Below, in pieces: positions 46,652 to 56,840 of a DNA stretch of 64,000 nt; within the stretch, counting starts at the first letter, position 1; each line of letters opens with the position of its first letter. The notes under the pieces are model-generated. The model did not search any database and was not told where the DNA came from. It saw nothing but the letters and a program-made list of their open reading frames with translations. The stretch is from a virus (lineage: Duplodnaviria > Caudoviricetes): the IMG/VR virus record IMGVR_UViG_3300032303_001222, positions 1,309 through 65,308 of that record; one strand, 5' to 3'. The position numbers and the translations under genes are program-made.

Positions 46652-47064
46652 GATTCTTGATTGACTTGTGGTTTTGGATACTTGGCCTTGATCTCCTGGC
46701 GCTTTGCTTCCAAAGCATCAGCGGATTCAGACCGACCCTCAACGACCTTTTCCCAAAGAGCCACGTTCAGCTCAGATAAGCTTGGGTATTCAGATGCTCT
46801 TTTCTCCGAATAGGAGCGAGTATCTGGGGCGGGCGGTACAGCCTCAGTCGTCAGAACTTCGTAGATTTCCCCGTCACGCTCCTCCGTAGACGAAGAAGTT
46901 ACCCTCTCGCCAACCGGGGGATATGCAGGGTGGTAGGGTTTGACACCTATGGCTGCCAGCTCCTCCTTCGACCAGAATTGAAATACGGTCTGGGGGTGCT
47001 GAATTTCGTTGATGGTTATTCCTCTTGGGGAGGAAATGATTTCGTTGTTTGTTGTTATCCACAT
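46648..47064 (-). CDS. Tail-fibre accessory/assembly protein
   Basis: WSKEELAAIG and KRASEYPSL..L..ALW motifs; RBS AAGGAG; follows a tail fibre. Confidence 0.6.
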   Translation of the reverse strand: MWITTNNEIISSPRGITINEIQHPQTVFQFWSKEELAAIGVKPYHPAYPPVGERVTSSSTEERDGEIYEVLTTEAVPPAPDTRSYSEKRASEYPSLSELNVALWEKVVEGRSESADALEAKRQEIKAKYPKPQVNQES

Positions 47065-47077
47065 ATATGTGTTCTCC

Positions 47078-50035
47078 TTATCTTGCTCTTGAGTATTTGA
47101 AGGGGGATTCGGCAAAGGCTACGTAGATGTAGGTTCCTCCAGATGCGTTTTGATCGGTTGATGCTGTACGCATCTTAAATCCATTTGATAATATATCGAT
47201 TTCATTTCCCCCTCCGTTATATTCAGCGTTGGGTAAATTTGGAAATAATGATAGCCTAGAAAAGTTGAATGTGTCCCTTGAAGTATCTTGGATATAATAG
47301 TTACCAGTGGAATCTGTTCGCTTATACATAATAAACTTTGGCCTAAACCCGCAGTAAACAAACGGACCATCTGCACTTCCGTTGCCAGTGTAAGAACCGA
47401 ACTTGCTGAAGCCTTCGACTTCTGCAAATAAATAGTTTATATAAGTTGACCCATTTAAAGCAAGTCCAGAGCCAACTGTAAAATTCGATGAGGTTGGAGA
47501 TGTATTAACCCAATATGCGCTTGCAACATTAAATGCTCCAGTTGCTTCAAGTTGCACTGCTCCAGTATTTCCAAGTGAAGCGTGGTAAACAGGCCAACCA
47601 CCAGTTCCAGACCTTATTTTATTTATAATCAACTTAGGAGTAACCCCAAGAGAATGAGATATTGTCATATTTGCACCTGTTCCAGTATAAGAAACAATAT
47701 CCATCCCAGATATCGGTGACTCGTCCCAAATCCAATCTACATATCTATCAGTCGAGAAGTTCGCTTGACCCATTCCGTAGTTGATGGTGTATCCATTTGA
47801 ATTAAAAGATGCTAATTGGCCTGCAGTTGCTTCGGCTGCAATTGTATTTGATATAAGATATTTCGTTGCGCCCCTAACCGAATCCCACAGAATGTTGTCG
47901 TAGGCAGAAGTTCTATCCTTTGTCCAAATAAAGTCTGGAGAAAATTCAAGTCCTGTTTTGGTGTAGTTACTTGCTCCGTCAGACGTTCTTGTGACAACAT
48001 CAAAATAACTGCTTGGCTTCTTAATGGTCGGAGTCGGAAGATTTGCCGTGCAGAGAGCCTTGAAACCAGTTGGTGCAGTGTAGGCAAATGGGCGTTGGCC
48101 GAAGTTTGCAACCAGTTGATCCCCCAAATAAGTGTTGCAAGCAAAGTAGTAGGATCGCCCAGAAAGTATAGAATATGTTTCTGTTGTTCCAGATGCTGGG
48201 TTCCCGCTGTTAGCCCAAGACCCATCCCTTCCAAACCACACCTTATTGTTGTCCATATCAAGAGCAACCATATAAACTTCGTTAAGAACTGGGGAGCTAC
48301 CCCCAAAGTTTGTTATAGCAGAGTTGGTATTGTTGTTTCCTTTAAATGTCCCGCCATTAACAAAAGCTGAGTACCCATCAGCAAATCCGCTTAAGTACGG
48401 GTTTCCGCTGGTTAGGATCGACGTGTTTGTGGAGCTTACAATTCCAATCTGGTCTGAATTTACTCCAGCAGTATTTGTAAACTCGCAGTACCACTTTCCA
48501 GTAGACATCGCAATTGAGGATACGCCTAAGGCATTCTTTGAGTTAGCCCCACCAGTATGGGTTAACGTAAGGTTCCCATCCGTTATAATACCTCCAATAT
48601 TTCCAAATAATGGGTTAAGTGTCGCGTAGTTCCCGCTTACCTCACCACCCAATCTAGTATCAACTCCATAATTAGTTGGTGAATCTACAAGGCTGTCGTT
48701 ACCAGTTCCGGGAGTTACGGAGAGGTTATTAGGGTACCAGGTATTATACCCTCCCGTTGCAACAGACGCATCTGCGCCAATAAGCAAGGTTGGGCTATTA
48801 GCAACCCCATTAGTCCAGAGATATGGACCAGCAACCGAAGAAGCCTCGGTTTGCATACCCCATACGTAAACAGAGCTACCATTACCAAGATAATTAAAGC
48901 CACCTAAGGCCGTGTTATTCTTTATGTATACCGAAGATCCACCTGTTGTTCCGCCATTACCTATATTCGATACTGACACCCTATACCACCCATTCCCCAC
49001 AGATGTTATTTTGGATGAAGCATCAGACCCCGCTATAATCGTCCCAGTAGAAAGGTCAGCATAGCAGTAGGTTGCAGTTACTGTATTCCAGTTTTCCAGA
49101 GCTATGGCTGATCTAGTATTAGCCTTAACGTAAACTGAAGTGGTGTACGTAACGCCCGACGCATATGTTTGGTTATTAAAGAAGAATCGGTGGTTTGAGG
49201 TAGTTGAGGTCTCCACTAATGCGTCTGCTGTTAGCGCTCCGTTTGGAGCAGTAGTTGCATTTGTTGTGACAGTAATTCCATCTTTTTGATACATAGCTAC
49301 ACTAAAGTCTTCACTAGTAAGAACACTATTCGACCCAGTGCTTGTATTTAAGAATGGAAGATAAAACCCATTCGTTCCATAGGTCCCGGTGAAAGCTTTT
49401 GCTTTCCATCTTCCAGTTGTCGCGTCGGTTTCGCCGAAGGACGATGGTGTAAGAGCTTGTCCGTCAATGAAGTTAATTTCGGTCATATAACCATTGAAGT
49501 AGGATGGTGGAGAAAAGTACGTTCCTATATACTGAGGATCTGTTGAGTTTACATAACTATCTCTGTTTTGAACATACGCTCCAGTTGCAGCTGAAAAACT
49601 TAAAGTTTGCTGAACTCCGTTTATATATAGCTTAACTGCTGCAGATGAAGTTGCTTGGGTTGTATCGTATGAAACTACAATATGATACCACGCAGAAATG
49701 TCCCTAAATACGCTTGCTGTCTGCCAAAACAAATTATACGAAGATGCAGTATAATCATTAACAAGCAGGGCATCTGCATTAAAAAGAATTGAAGTTATAT
49801 TGTTTGCAGCCGATTTGCCTTCAAACAATCCAAATGTACTTGATGAGCCTAAAGTCCCTCGCTTAACCCACCCACTCCAAGTCCAAGTCTTACGATTACC
49901 CGCAACCGAAGGTGTTCTGCTTAAATACGCTGAATCAAGCGAGTTAAACCGCAGGCTACGGCTTACCTGATAGGTATCGTTGTCGCTAGTAGAAGACGCA
50001 CCCAGCAGACCAAGCGGGAGAACTGGCCAAGACAT
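47078..50035 (-). CDS. Tail fibre/receptor-binding protein with LamG/ConA-like and SPRY-like lectin domains
   Basis: SLRFNS.DSAYLSRTP, TWTWSGWVKRG, WYHIVV..DTT, GKWYCEF and PTGFKALCT motifs typical of aquatic phage fibres. Confidence 0.8.
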   Translation of the reverse strand: MSWPVLPLGLLGASSTSDNDTYQVSRSLRFNSLDSAYLSRTPSVAGNRKTWTWSGWVKRGTLGSSSTFGLFEGKSAANNITSILFNADALLVNDYTASSYNLFWQTASVFRDISAWYHIVVSYDTTQATSSAAVKLYINGVQQTLSFSAATGAYVQNRDSYVNSTDPQYIGTYFSPPSYFNGYMTEINFIDGQALTPSSFGETDATTGRWKAKAFTGTYGTNGFYLPFLNTSTGSNSVLTSEDFSVAMYQKDGITVTTNATTAPNGALTADALVETSTTSNHRFFFNNQTYASGVTYTTSVYVKANTRSAIALENWNTVTATYCYADLSTGTIIAGSDASSKITSVGNGWYRVSVSNIGNGGTTGGSSVYIKNNTALGGFNYLGNGSSVYVWGMQTEASSVAGPYLWTNGVANSPTLLIGADASVATGGYNTWYPNNLSVTPGTGNDSLVDSPTNYGVDTRLGGEVSGNYATLNPLFGNIGGIITDGNLTLTHTGGANSKNALGVSSIAMSTGKWYCEFTNTAGVNSDQIGIVSSTNTSILTSGNPYLSGFADGYSAFVNGGTFKGNNNTNSAITNFGGSSPVLNEVYMVALDMDNNKVWFGRDGSWANSGNPASGTTETYSILSGRSYYFACNTYLGDQLVANFGQRPFAYTAPTGFKALCTANLPTPTIKKPSSYFDVVTRTSDGASNYTKTGLEFSPDFIWTKDRTSAYDNILWDSVRGATKYLISNTIAAEATAGQLASFNSNGYTINYGMGQANFSTDRYVDWIWDESPISGMDIVSYTGTGANMTISHSLGVTPKLIINKIRSGTGGWPVYHASLGNTGAVQLEATGAFNVASAYWVNTSPTSSNFTVGSGLALNGSTYINYLFAEVEGFSKFGSYTGNGSADGPFVYCGFRPKFIMYKRTDSTGNYYIQDTSRDTFNFSRLSLFPNLPNAEYNGGGNEIDILSNGFKMRTASTDQNASGGTYIYVAFAESPFKYSRAR

Positions 50036-50038
50036 ACC

Positions 50039-50767
50039 TTACGCGTAGTTCAACGACGATACGCCGTAAAGATGAGTTCCGTCCGTGGAAGTAGTTGCAA
50101 CAAATGTGAGGATGTCAATCTTGTTAGCGGCTGTGCTTAAGGTTGGAGCTCCCGAGGATGTGGTAGCTCCAGCAAACCGATACCCGGTGTTGCCAGCGCC
50201 AGAGGTTCCGAATGGGAATGATAGCGTTCTGCCACCAGTTCCGTCTTGTTTGACAATCAAGATGTACACCGCGCCAGCCACAATGTTTGTTGGGTTACCC
50301 ATCGCCCTATTTCCACCGAGGGTTACCACGGCTACTTGGTTCTGGGACAAGTCCCAAGCAACAGTACTCCCATCAGTCAAAGCCGTTGCCGTAAAATTGT
50401 GTGTACGAGTGTATTGCTGGGCAGTTCCGAGAACGGCAACGCTCGCCGTATCAACCTTGGCGGAAGTAACGTTTGCGTTAAGAATCTTGGCCGTGGTGAC
50501 TGCATCGGTGGCAATCGTAAGAGCAGTCCCACCAGCGGTCTTCGTGACCTCACCAGTAAAAGCGGTGGTGCGAAGGCTCCCAGCATCTGTGAATTCTAGG
50601 CCACCAGTAACTTGGATCTGCTCGACGGCACCAGTACCAGCGGTATCCCGACCAACAAGCCGATCGGTTGTGATATTGGAAAGTTTTGGGAGGCCAATGC
50701 TGTTATCGGCTAGAACCGAACTTAGGCCGTCTGTTAAAAGTTTAGAAAGGTCGCGAGCTTTGCTCAT
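50039..50767 (-). CDS. Tail fibre-associated structural protein
   Basis: ALTDGSTVAWDLS.NQVAVVTLGGNR...LIVKQDGTGGRTL...IDIL domain. Confidence 0.65.
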   Translation of the reverse strand: MSKARDLSKLLTDGLSSVLADNSIGLPKLSNITTDRLVGRDTAGTGAVEQIQVTGGLEFTDAGSLRTTAFTGEVTKTAGGTALTIATDAVTTAKILNANVTSAKVDTASVAVLGTAQQYTRTHNFTATALTDGSTVAWDLSQNQVAVVTLGGNRAMGNPTNIVAGAVYILIVKQDGTGGRTLSFPFGTSGAGNTGYRFAGATTSSGAPTLSTAANKIDILTFVATTSTDGTHLYGVSSLNYA

Positions 50768-50788
50768 GGGTCAATGTTATCCTTACTT

Positions 50789-51169
50789 TTAGTTAGTCAA
50801 TGGGGTGACTACCCAAGTTTTGCTCTCTTCATCCCAGATGTGTCCCCCACCATCTTGGGGGTATGGGATTGGGGATTCCCACAAGCACGTCTCCTCGTTA
50901 AGAATCCAGCTTGGGAAAGGTTTAGGTGGGATGAAGGCATCCCTAGCTGAATCGTATGTGTAACCGATGCCAGCATAGTTTTTGCGGAACGATTTGTTAA
51001 AAGATGTTTGTTTCCAAGTTCCGGGAATCTTGAGGGTTTGATTTATAAACACCTGGCCGAATGGTTCCGTTTGTGGGAATGCGTAGTCTGGCTCGTTTAC
51101 AACAGAGTTGTTTACTGAAATTACTCGTTGGACTAAGTTATCTGAATTTAGCTGTGCAAAGTACGCCAT
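50789..51169 (-). CDS. Tail fibre chaperone-like protein
   Basis: MAYFAQL...WKQTSFN..FRKNYAGIGYTYD..RDAFIPPKPFPSW.LNE.TCLWE.P motif. Confidence 0.7.
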   Translation of the reverse strand: MAYFAQLNSDNLVQRVISVNNSVVNEPDYAFPQTEPFGQVFINQTLKIPGTWKQTSFNKSFRKNYAGIGYTYDSARDAFIPPKPFPSWILNEETCLWESPIPYPQDGGGHIWDEESKTWVVTPLTN

Positions 51170-51173
51170 AAAA

Positions 51174-52124
51174 TTACCAGAGAATGGTTCCCGAATCGTT
51201 AAATATATAAATTCTGTAACCACCAGAGGGGGTTACTGTGGGGTTGCCTGTAGTTGTGGCTTCTGGGAATGCGTCAGAGTGGCGAATAATCACTACCCCT
51301 TTTGCCCCAGATCCACCCGTACCAGATGCGCTTCCTCCACCTCCGCCTCCGCTCCCAGTGTTGATTGTTCCGTTCCCACCAGTGCCGTTAGCCGTGTTTG
51401 TCCCGTTACCTCCAACACCGCTTCCACCAGAATTAGCTGCCGCACCAACTCCACCACCAGCCCCACCGCCACCAGCACGAGTAACACTCGTCCCCGTAAT
51501 TGCGGAAGCTGTCCCAATCCCACCAGCACCTCCTTGATGGGCAACATAATTCCCCCCTACTCCACCACTACCACCACCTCCTCCTCCCCCGAGTGGACTT
51601 CCGCTCCTACCGCCAGAGCCGCCGTTATTACCTTGGCTTGGTGAAGTAGCGGGCGTGTTTCCCGAACCCCCCGCTACTGTGCATCCGCTTTGACCACCGC
51701 TACAGTCGTGGGATCCTCCTCCTCCACCAGAACCGCCACTCACCCCTGCAATATTGCTGTAAGTTCCACCGCCACCACCACCTGCTGATGTGATCGTACT
51801 AAAAACAGAAGGAGATCCATCTATCCCACTACTATATGTAACTCCGCCTCCTCCACCCCCCACGGTAATCGTATAGTTAACTCCAGAGCTGATTGATAAG
51901 GTAGATGTTCTATAACCCCCAGCCCCACCACCTCCACCACCGTACCCACCTCCACCACCGCCTCCGCCAGCAATCACAAGATACTCTACCGACGGAGGAG
52001 CCATGCTTGGCCAATTCCCGCTCAAATTAGCTACAAACACTTCTGGCAGACTCCACCGCCCAGAAGCAAGTAGTTGGGTAGGGTTATTGGCAACGCCAAG
52101 AACACCCCCATTCCAATTAGCCAT
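51174..52124 (-). CDS. Glycine-rich domain tail protein
   Basis: VEYLVIAGGGGGG...GGGGAGGYRT...GVVIIR Gly-rich domain. Confidence 0.75.
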   Translation of the reverse strand: MANWNGGVLGVANNPTQLLASGRWSLPEVFVANLSGNWPSMAPPSVEYLVIAGGGGGGGGYGGGGGGAGGYRTSTLSISSGVNYTITVGGGGGGVTYSSGIDGSPSVFSTITSAGGGGGGTYSNIAGVSGGSGGGGGSHDCSGGQSGCTVAGGSGNTPATSPSQGNNGGSGGRSGSPLGGGGGGGSGGVGGNYVAHQGGAGGIGTASAITGTSVTRAGGGGAGGGVGAAANSGGSGVGGNGTNTANGTGGNGTINTGSGGGGGGSASGTGGSGAKGVVIIRHSDAFPEATTTGNPTVTPSGGYRIYIFNDSGTILW

Positions 52125-52477
52125 TAGGAAATTTCCTCGTAAGAACAGACGGCTTCAAGCCTGCTTGAAGCACTTGCCGTAAGGCGAAGGCTGTCTCCTT
52201 CCTCTAAATAGATTGCCTTAGTAATAACATCTAAGGTTGCATCGGCTGGAACAGTAATCGTGTTGGCAATTCGATAGGCTACGGATGATCTAAATATGTC
52301 TACGTTTGCAGTAGCATTATTTACACCGTCTATGTTGCTAACGTAGAGAGCATTTATTTTGAATACCTTGTTGCTTCCAGACGTGTTTGTGACGATAGCG
52401 GTTGCAGAAGTTGTGATAGCCTGGACTGCTGTTTTACCAGTAATCGTTGCTACGTTTACAATGTTGGGTGCTGCCAT
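52124..52477 (-). CDS. Small structural protein
   Basis: MAAPNIVNVATITGKT...IYLEEGDSL motif; RBS GGAGG. Confidence 0.65.
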   Translation of the reverse strand: MAAPNIVNVATITGKTAVQAITTSATAIVTNTSGSNKVFKINALYVSNIDGVNNATANVDIFRSSVAYRIANTITVPADATLDVITKAIYLEEGDSLRLTASASSRLEAVCSYEEIS

Positions 52478-52481
52478 ATAA

Positions 52482-55379
52482 TTATCCTCCAAATACAATA
52501 GTCATTGCGATTGATTTTCCTGTGAGTGTTCCTTTTGCTGTGGAATTTAATTTAGCATAGGTCACAGAGTTGTCAGCTATCCCAATAGTCGTGACCTGCC
52601 CAAACGCTAGGATGTCCACAAAGTCAGATGCCGAGCATCCGCTGACTAGAGTGATTGTATCAGATCCTGTAGTCGTGTAATCCAATGTAGGGGCTAACAG
52701 AATTCCGTTTATAAAGACGTAAATGAACCCAGGAGTGAAGGCTAAGGTATTACCGTTGGTGTCGATACCCGTAAAAAGAGTTTGGTTTGCACTTGCAATG
52801 TATCGGAATGACGCCAAGGGAGCAGATATTGCGCTGGCTCCAGAAGCAGAAATAGTCAACGAACCAACCCCTTGAGCAATTGAGACGCCAGTCCCAGCCA
52901 CAATCTGTTTATATTCCAGAGATGTCCCGCCTGAGTTTGTCCCAACAACGTAATTAGCTAGGCCGGGGCTAGCCAGTTGGGGAACTGCACCGAAAGCAAC
53001 TATGTCAACGTCGTCGTTAACGGCGCAAGCCACGCTAAGGGTGATCGAAGTTCCGTTGGTGGCCGTGAAGTCGGAATCGTCCAACTTCACACCGTTAAGA
53101 TATACGCTTAAATATTTTGGGGTATAGACAAGGCTTGTTGAAGGCGTTGAGGTGTCAGCTCCGCTGAATACTGTTTGCCCAGCGGTAGCGTTGTAGCGAT
53201 AGATTGCAACGGCTCCACTCGCTGACCCTCCTCCTCCAGCTCCCCCGCCCCCAGTATTTGTAATTGTGACAGTCCCGGCAACGTCGGAGATACTAATCCC
53301 AGTGCCTGAGGCTAGTGTCTTGTTTTCAAAGGCTGTACCGCCGGAGTTAACCCCAACAAATGTGTTTGCTGGCCCAACAGTTGTTCGACCAGTTCCTCCG
53401 TTGGCTACTGACAAAGCGTTGGTCAAAGAGAGCGACGTCGCACTCGCTGCCCCAAGGGTTGGGGTAACTAGGGTTGGGCTATTTGCAAATACCAGTGACC
53501 CAGTTCCAGTCTCGTCAGATATAGCGGTTGCTAGTTCAGCCGAAGTAGCTTGGAGGGTGTTGCTGGAAAGATTAATTGTCTTGTTGGTTAGCGTGTCGGT
53601 CGTCGCTCTCCCAACCAAAGTGTCGGTGCTTGTAGGTAGCGACAAAGTTCCCGTGTTAACGATTGAAGAGATATTTGGAGTCGTGAGCGTTGGGGAGTTT
53701 GCAAATACTAGGCTTCCGCTTCCAGTTTCGTCGCTAACAGCGGTAGCGATCTGAGAGGACGTAGCCGTCAGGGTGTTGTTAGTGAGGTTGATCGATTTGT
53801 TGGTTAAAGTGTCGGTCGTCGCTCTTCCAACCAAAGTGTCGGTACTTGTTGGGAGAGTAAGTGTACCAGTATTTGAGATAGAAGATATAACGGGGGAAGT
53901 AAGTGTCTTATTTGTTAGCGTATCGGTTGTTGCCCTTCCCACCAATGTGTCGGTGCTTGTGGGCAACGTGAGTGTCCCAGTGTTAACAATTGAGGATATG
54001 ACTGGCGACGTAAGGGTTTTGTTTGTGAGAGTGTCTGTTGTCGCTCTCCCAACCAAAGTATCGGTGCTTGTCGGTAAAGTTAAAGTACCAGTATTGGAGA
54101 TTGAGGAAATAACTGGGGAGGTAAGAGTTTTGTTTGTGAACGTCTCAGTATTGGCAAGGGTTGCCAGCGTCCCAGTAGTCGGAAGAGTTACGCTCGTATT
54201 GGCGGTTGAGGCTAGTGTTGTGGCAAACGCTCCAGACGTAGTTAGGTTTCCGCCTAGTGTGATGGTCTTTCCAGTATTGTTAACACCTGTCCCGCCGTAT
54301 TGCCCAGCAACAATCGTCCCCTGCCAGATCCCAGTGCCAATCGTGCCGACGCTGGTCAAGGAGGAACCAGTAACGCCAGATCCAAGAGTGTTGTTTGAAA
54401 GAACGTCTGTTCCGTTGATCTTGTATGTCTTACCCGTAGCTACATTTACATTTTCAGAAGATGTCCAGGCCGCAGTCGAGTTGACCCAGTTGAGGGTCTT
54501 GTCGGTTGCACCTTTAATCGTAATACCGCCACCATCAGCCGTTGTATCAGTAGGAGTACCAACGTCGGCAAGGACAACGTTCTTGTCTTCAACAACTAGG
54601 TTTGTCGTATTAATGTTAGTCGTCGTGCCATTGACTGTGAAATTACCAGTTATGGTGAGATCCCCCCCAATCGTTGCATTCGCCGTAACTGCAAGCCCAG
54701 TTCCAGTAGCTTTTGTGGCAGAGATTGTATTGGCAACACCAAGCGTTCCAGTAACAGAGGTATTGCCAGTAAGATCCGTTGTCCCAGTAACCGCAAGGTT
54801 ACCCCCAACATTGACGTTTTTCTCTATCCCTACCCCACCCTCAACCACAAAAGCTCCTGTGTCCTTGTCCGTTGACTGAGTTGTTGCGGAGACTGTCTGG
54901 GATCCAGTAATTGAGAGATTGTTGAGCGTAGCCGTGCCGTCGATGTGAAGATTTCTCCAACTTTTAGCGACAGATCCTAGATCATAGGTGTTGTCCGTGT
55001 TTGGGAGGATGTGAGAGTTGATGTCGGCGTTGAAAACAACGTTGTCCGTGTCTGTGTCGCCAAGTGTCAAAGTCCCACCATTAGCCGTCAGAGTCCCCTG
55101 AATAACGGCATTTCCAGCAACTGTCAGATCCCCACCCATTGAAACATTTCCAGTAAGCGTGGAAGCACCAGAAACAGAAAGACCAGAAAGAAGGCTTGTA
55201 GACCCAACCACCTCAAGGCTTCCAGAAGACTTGACTATTGAAGTTGAAATCTGGAGAGCTGAAGCTGTTGCGTCCCCATCCTCAACAACTGTCAAAGACG
55301 AGTTTACGCCGTCAGTCGAGGCCGTCTTTAAGAGCTCTTTATAGCTCTCAGCAATCGTGCGATCAAAGAGCGTACTCAT
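52482..55379 (-). CDS. Long tail fibre with internal repeats
   Basis: Thr/Gly-rich. Contains TLTNKT repeats and two C-terminal copies of a YRY.A.A.QT.F.G.D...VYLNG..L domain. Confidence 0.8.
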   Translation of the reverse strand: MSTLFDRTIAESYKELLKTASTDGVNSSLTVVEDGDATASALQISTSIVKSSGSLEVVGSTSLLSGLSVSGASTLTGNVSMGGDLTVAGNAVIQGTLTANGGTLTLGDTDTDNVVFNADINSHILPNTDNTYDLGSVAKSWRNLHIDGTATLNNLSITGSQTVSATTQSTDKDTGAFVVEGGVGIEKNVNVGGNLAVTGTTDLTGNTSVTGTLGVANTISATKATGTGLAVTANATIGGDLTITGNFTVNGTTTNINTTNLVVEDKNVVLADVGTPTDTTADGGGITIKGATDKTLNWVNSTAAWTSSENVNVATGKTYKINGTDVLSNNTLGSGVTGSSLTSVGTIGTGIWQGTIVAGQYGGTGVNNTGKTITLGGNLTTSGAFATTLASTANTSVTLPTTGTLATLANTETFTNKTLTSPVISSISNTGTLTLPTSTDTLVGRATTDTLTNKTLTSPVISSIVNTGTLTLPTSTDTLVGRATTDTLTNKTLTSPVISSISNTGTLTLPTSTDTLVGRATTDTLTNKSINLTNNTLTATSSQIATAVSDETGSGSLVFANSPTLTTPNISSIVNTGTLSLPTSTDTLVGRATTDTLTNKTINLSSNTLQATSAELATAISDETGTGSLVFANSPTLVTPTLGAASATSLSLTNALSVANGGTGRTTVGPANTFVGVNSGGTAFENKTLASGTGISISDVAGTVTITNTGGGGAGGGGSASGAVAIYRYNATAGQTVFSGADTSTPSTSLVYTPKYLSVYLNGVKLDDSDFTATNGTSITLSVACAVNDDVDIVAFGAVPQLASPGLANYVVGTNSGGTSLEYKQIVAGTGVSIAQGVGSLTISASGASAISAPLASFRYIASANQTLFTGIDTNGNTLAFTPGFIYVFINGILLAPTLDYTTTGSDTITLVSGCSASDFVDILAFGQVTTIGIADNSVTYAKLNSTAKGTLTGKSIAMTIVFGG
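53460..54143 (-). repeat. Three 111-bp (37-aa) repeats followed by one complete and one partial 216-bp (72-aa) repeat
   Basis: TLTNKTLTSPVISSI.NTGTLTLPTSTDTLVGRATTD x3 at 54143-53811; the longer unit spans 53810-53595. Confidence 0.85.
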
Positions 55380-55555
55380 TCGGCAAAGTTCCACATAAGG
55401 TAAACATTGTTCCATTTCTCAGCAGGGATGAGCGTGTAGCTCTGCCAAGAGTTTAGCGACGCACACAAAGCTACGGCCGTAGAAGCTACGTCTTCACACA
55501 ACGTTGTTAACGTCGGTGCAATCTCCTCACAATTAGGTGTAACTTGAAAAGCCAT
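55376..55555 (-). CDS. Hypothetical protein, 59 aa
   Basis: Manual ORF MAFQVTPNCEE...WNFAE coupled to both neighbours. Confidence 0.5.
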   Translation of the reverse strand: MAFQVTPNCEEIAPTLTTLCEDVASTAVALCASLNSWQSYTLIPAEKWNNVYLMWNFAE

Positions 55556-56838
55556 TAGAGGAGTGCCTGGATATCGCCAAAGGCGAAGTTTTTCATTTGA
55601 ACCTGCATTTGATTTCTAGCCCCACCCCGCATTTCAGCTAGTTCTTTCTGGAGAAGGGAGATTGCTTTGTTTTCGTAGAACATTGATTTTTCTGGGTCTT
55701 TCTCTTGGAGAGCCATAACCATAGTTTTCACGGCTGGGTAGTTACGAAGATCCATTTTTTCGGAATCCCTAGCTTTGGCTCTCCAACGTTTCTTAGCGAG
55801 TATGTTGATACATTCCGTGGCTTTTGAATCGCGAATAAAATACTTACGTTTCCATTCGTTGTTTACATAGACCTCGCCTCGGTCAACCAACACATCATAC
55901 CCAGAGCTATCCTTCTCTTGGTAGCCAGGACCGTTTTCGTGATAATCGTACCGACGATCAAATATTGATATAGGCACATTACCCATTGTGACGCCGAGCA
56001 CCGCTCCAATCGAAGTTGGGAGAAGAATTTCATTGGTGTTGGTAATGTTAACCCGGTAGTTCTCAACAGCTCCATACCAGCATCCACGAGCAAATAAGGC
56101 TTCTTCAGCGTTATTGATCAAATTCACAAGCTCGGCATCCGATACACGAAGGCCGTCAACTAGATCTAGGGCAAGCTTCGCTCTAAAATCACCAAGGCTA
56201 TTTGGGATAGTGCTTGCCTTTTTAGTTTGGTAATTGATTCGTCGGGCGGCCTCGAGGGCTCGATCAGTCTTACTCGTCAGCCTTTCAATCGCCTTGTTCT
56301 CAAGAGCTTGAGCCATTTCGAGTTGATTGTTCTCTTCTCGGTACAACGCAAGAATCATAAGTTTAATTGCGTCTAAATCATCGATCACTAAGAGATCGGT
56401 ATCTGTAGCTGCTCCTACATAGTTCAGCTTGCCAGTTACTTCGACACGCTCTGGTGCAGTCCCCTCAATGGCGTAGGTTCTAAAGTCAGACGAAGTTGGT
56501 ACGTAGTTTAGAGGGAGAACGTCTCCTGTATCCGTTAAGAACGCTTGAACGGAGTTTGTCAAGAATCCAGCCGAAGCCGTTGTGCTAGCCACTCTGATTG
56601 CACTCTCTAAACCAAAACCAGCCGTTGTTGAAATATTTCCAGTATAAGCGGGCAATGTGAACTGCCCACTCACTACGGGAACAGAATAACGAGCAAGAAC
56701 GCCTAGCCAAGCTCTGGCACTATGAAGCCTTCTCTGAGCTTCATTGATCCTAGCTATAACCCGGGAGTCAGTCGAACAAACCCCATTGTCGACATAGGGC
56801 GACAATGAAGTTCTAGCTTCGGTTAAAGTAAGAGCCAT
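55555..56838 (-). CDS. Head-tail adaptor (tail tubular A-like) with tandem-duplicated domain
   Basis: Two halves share R..L...VDG....D.....IN.A...L....W.G and A.K.M..AL...ENKAI..L. Confidence 0.55.
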   Translation of the reverse strand: MALTLTEARTSLSPYVDNGVCSTDSRVIARINEAQRRLHSARAWLGVLARYSVPVVSGQFTLPAYTGNISTTAGFGLESAIRVASTTASAGFLTNSVQAFLTDTGDVLPLNYVPTSSDFRTYAIEGTAPERVEVTGKLNYVGAATDTDLLVIDDLDAIKLMILALYREENNQLEMAQALENKAIERLTSKTDRALEAARRINYQTKKASTIPNSLGDFRAKLALDLVDGLRVSDAELVNLINNAEEALFARGCWYGAVENYRVNITNTNEILLPTSIGAVLGVTMGNVPISIFDRRYDYHENGPGYQEKDSSGYDVLVDRGEVYVNNEWKRKYFIRDSKATECINILAKKRWRAKARDSEKMDLRNYPAVKTMVMALQEKDPEKSMFYENKAISLLQKELAEMRGGARNQMQVQMKNFAFGDIQALL

Positions 56839-56840
56839 GC

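Noticed and set aside
53773-54879. 368-aa + strand ORF (also 50085-50792 and similar)
   Set aside because: Val/Pro-rich antisense shadows of Thr/Gly-rich tail fibre genes, with no RBS or motif.
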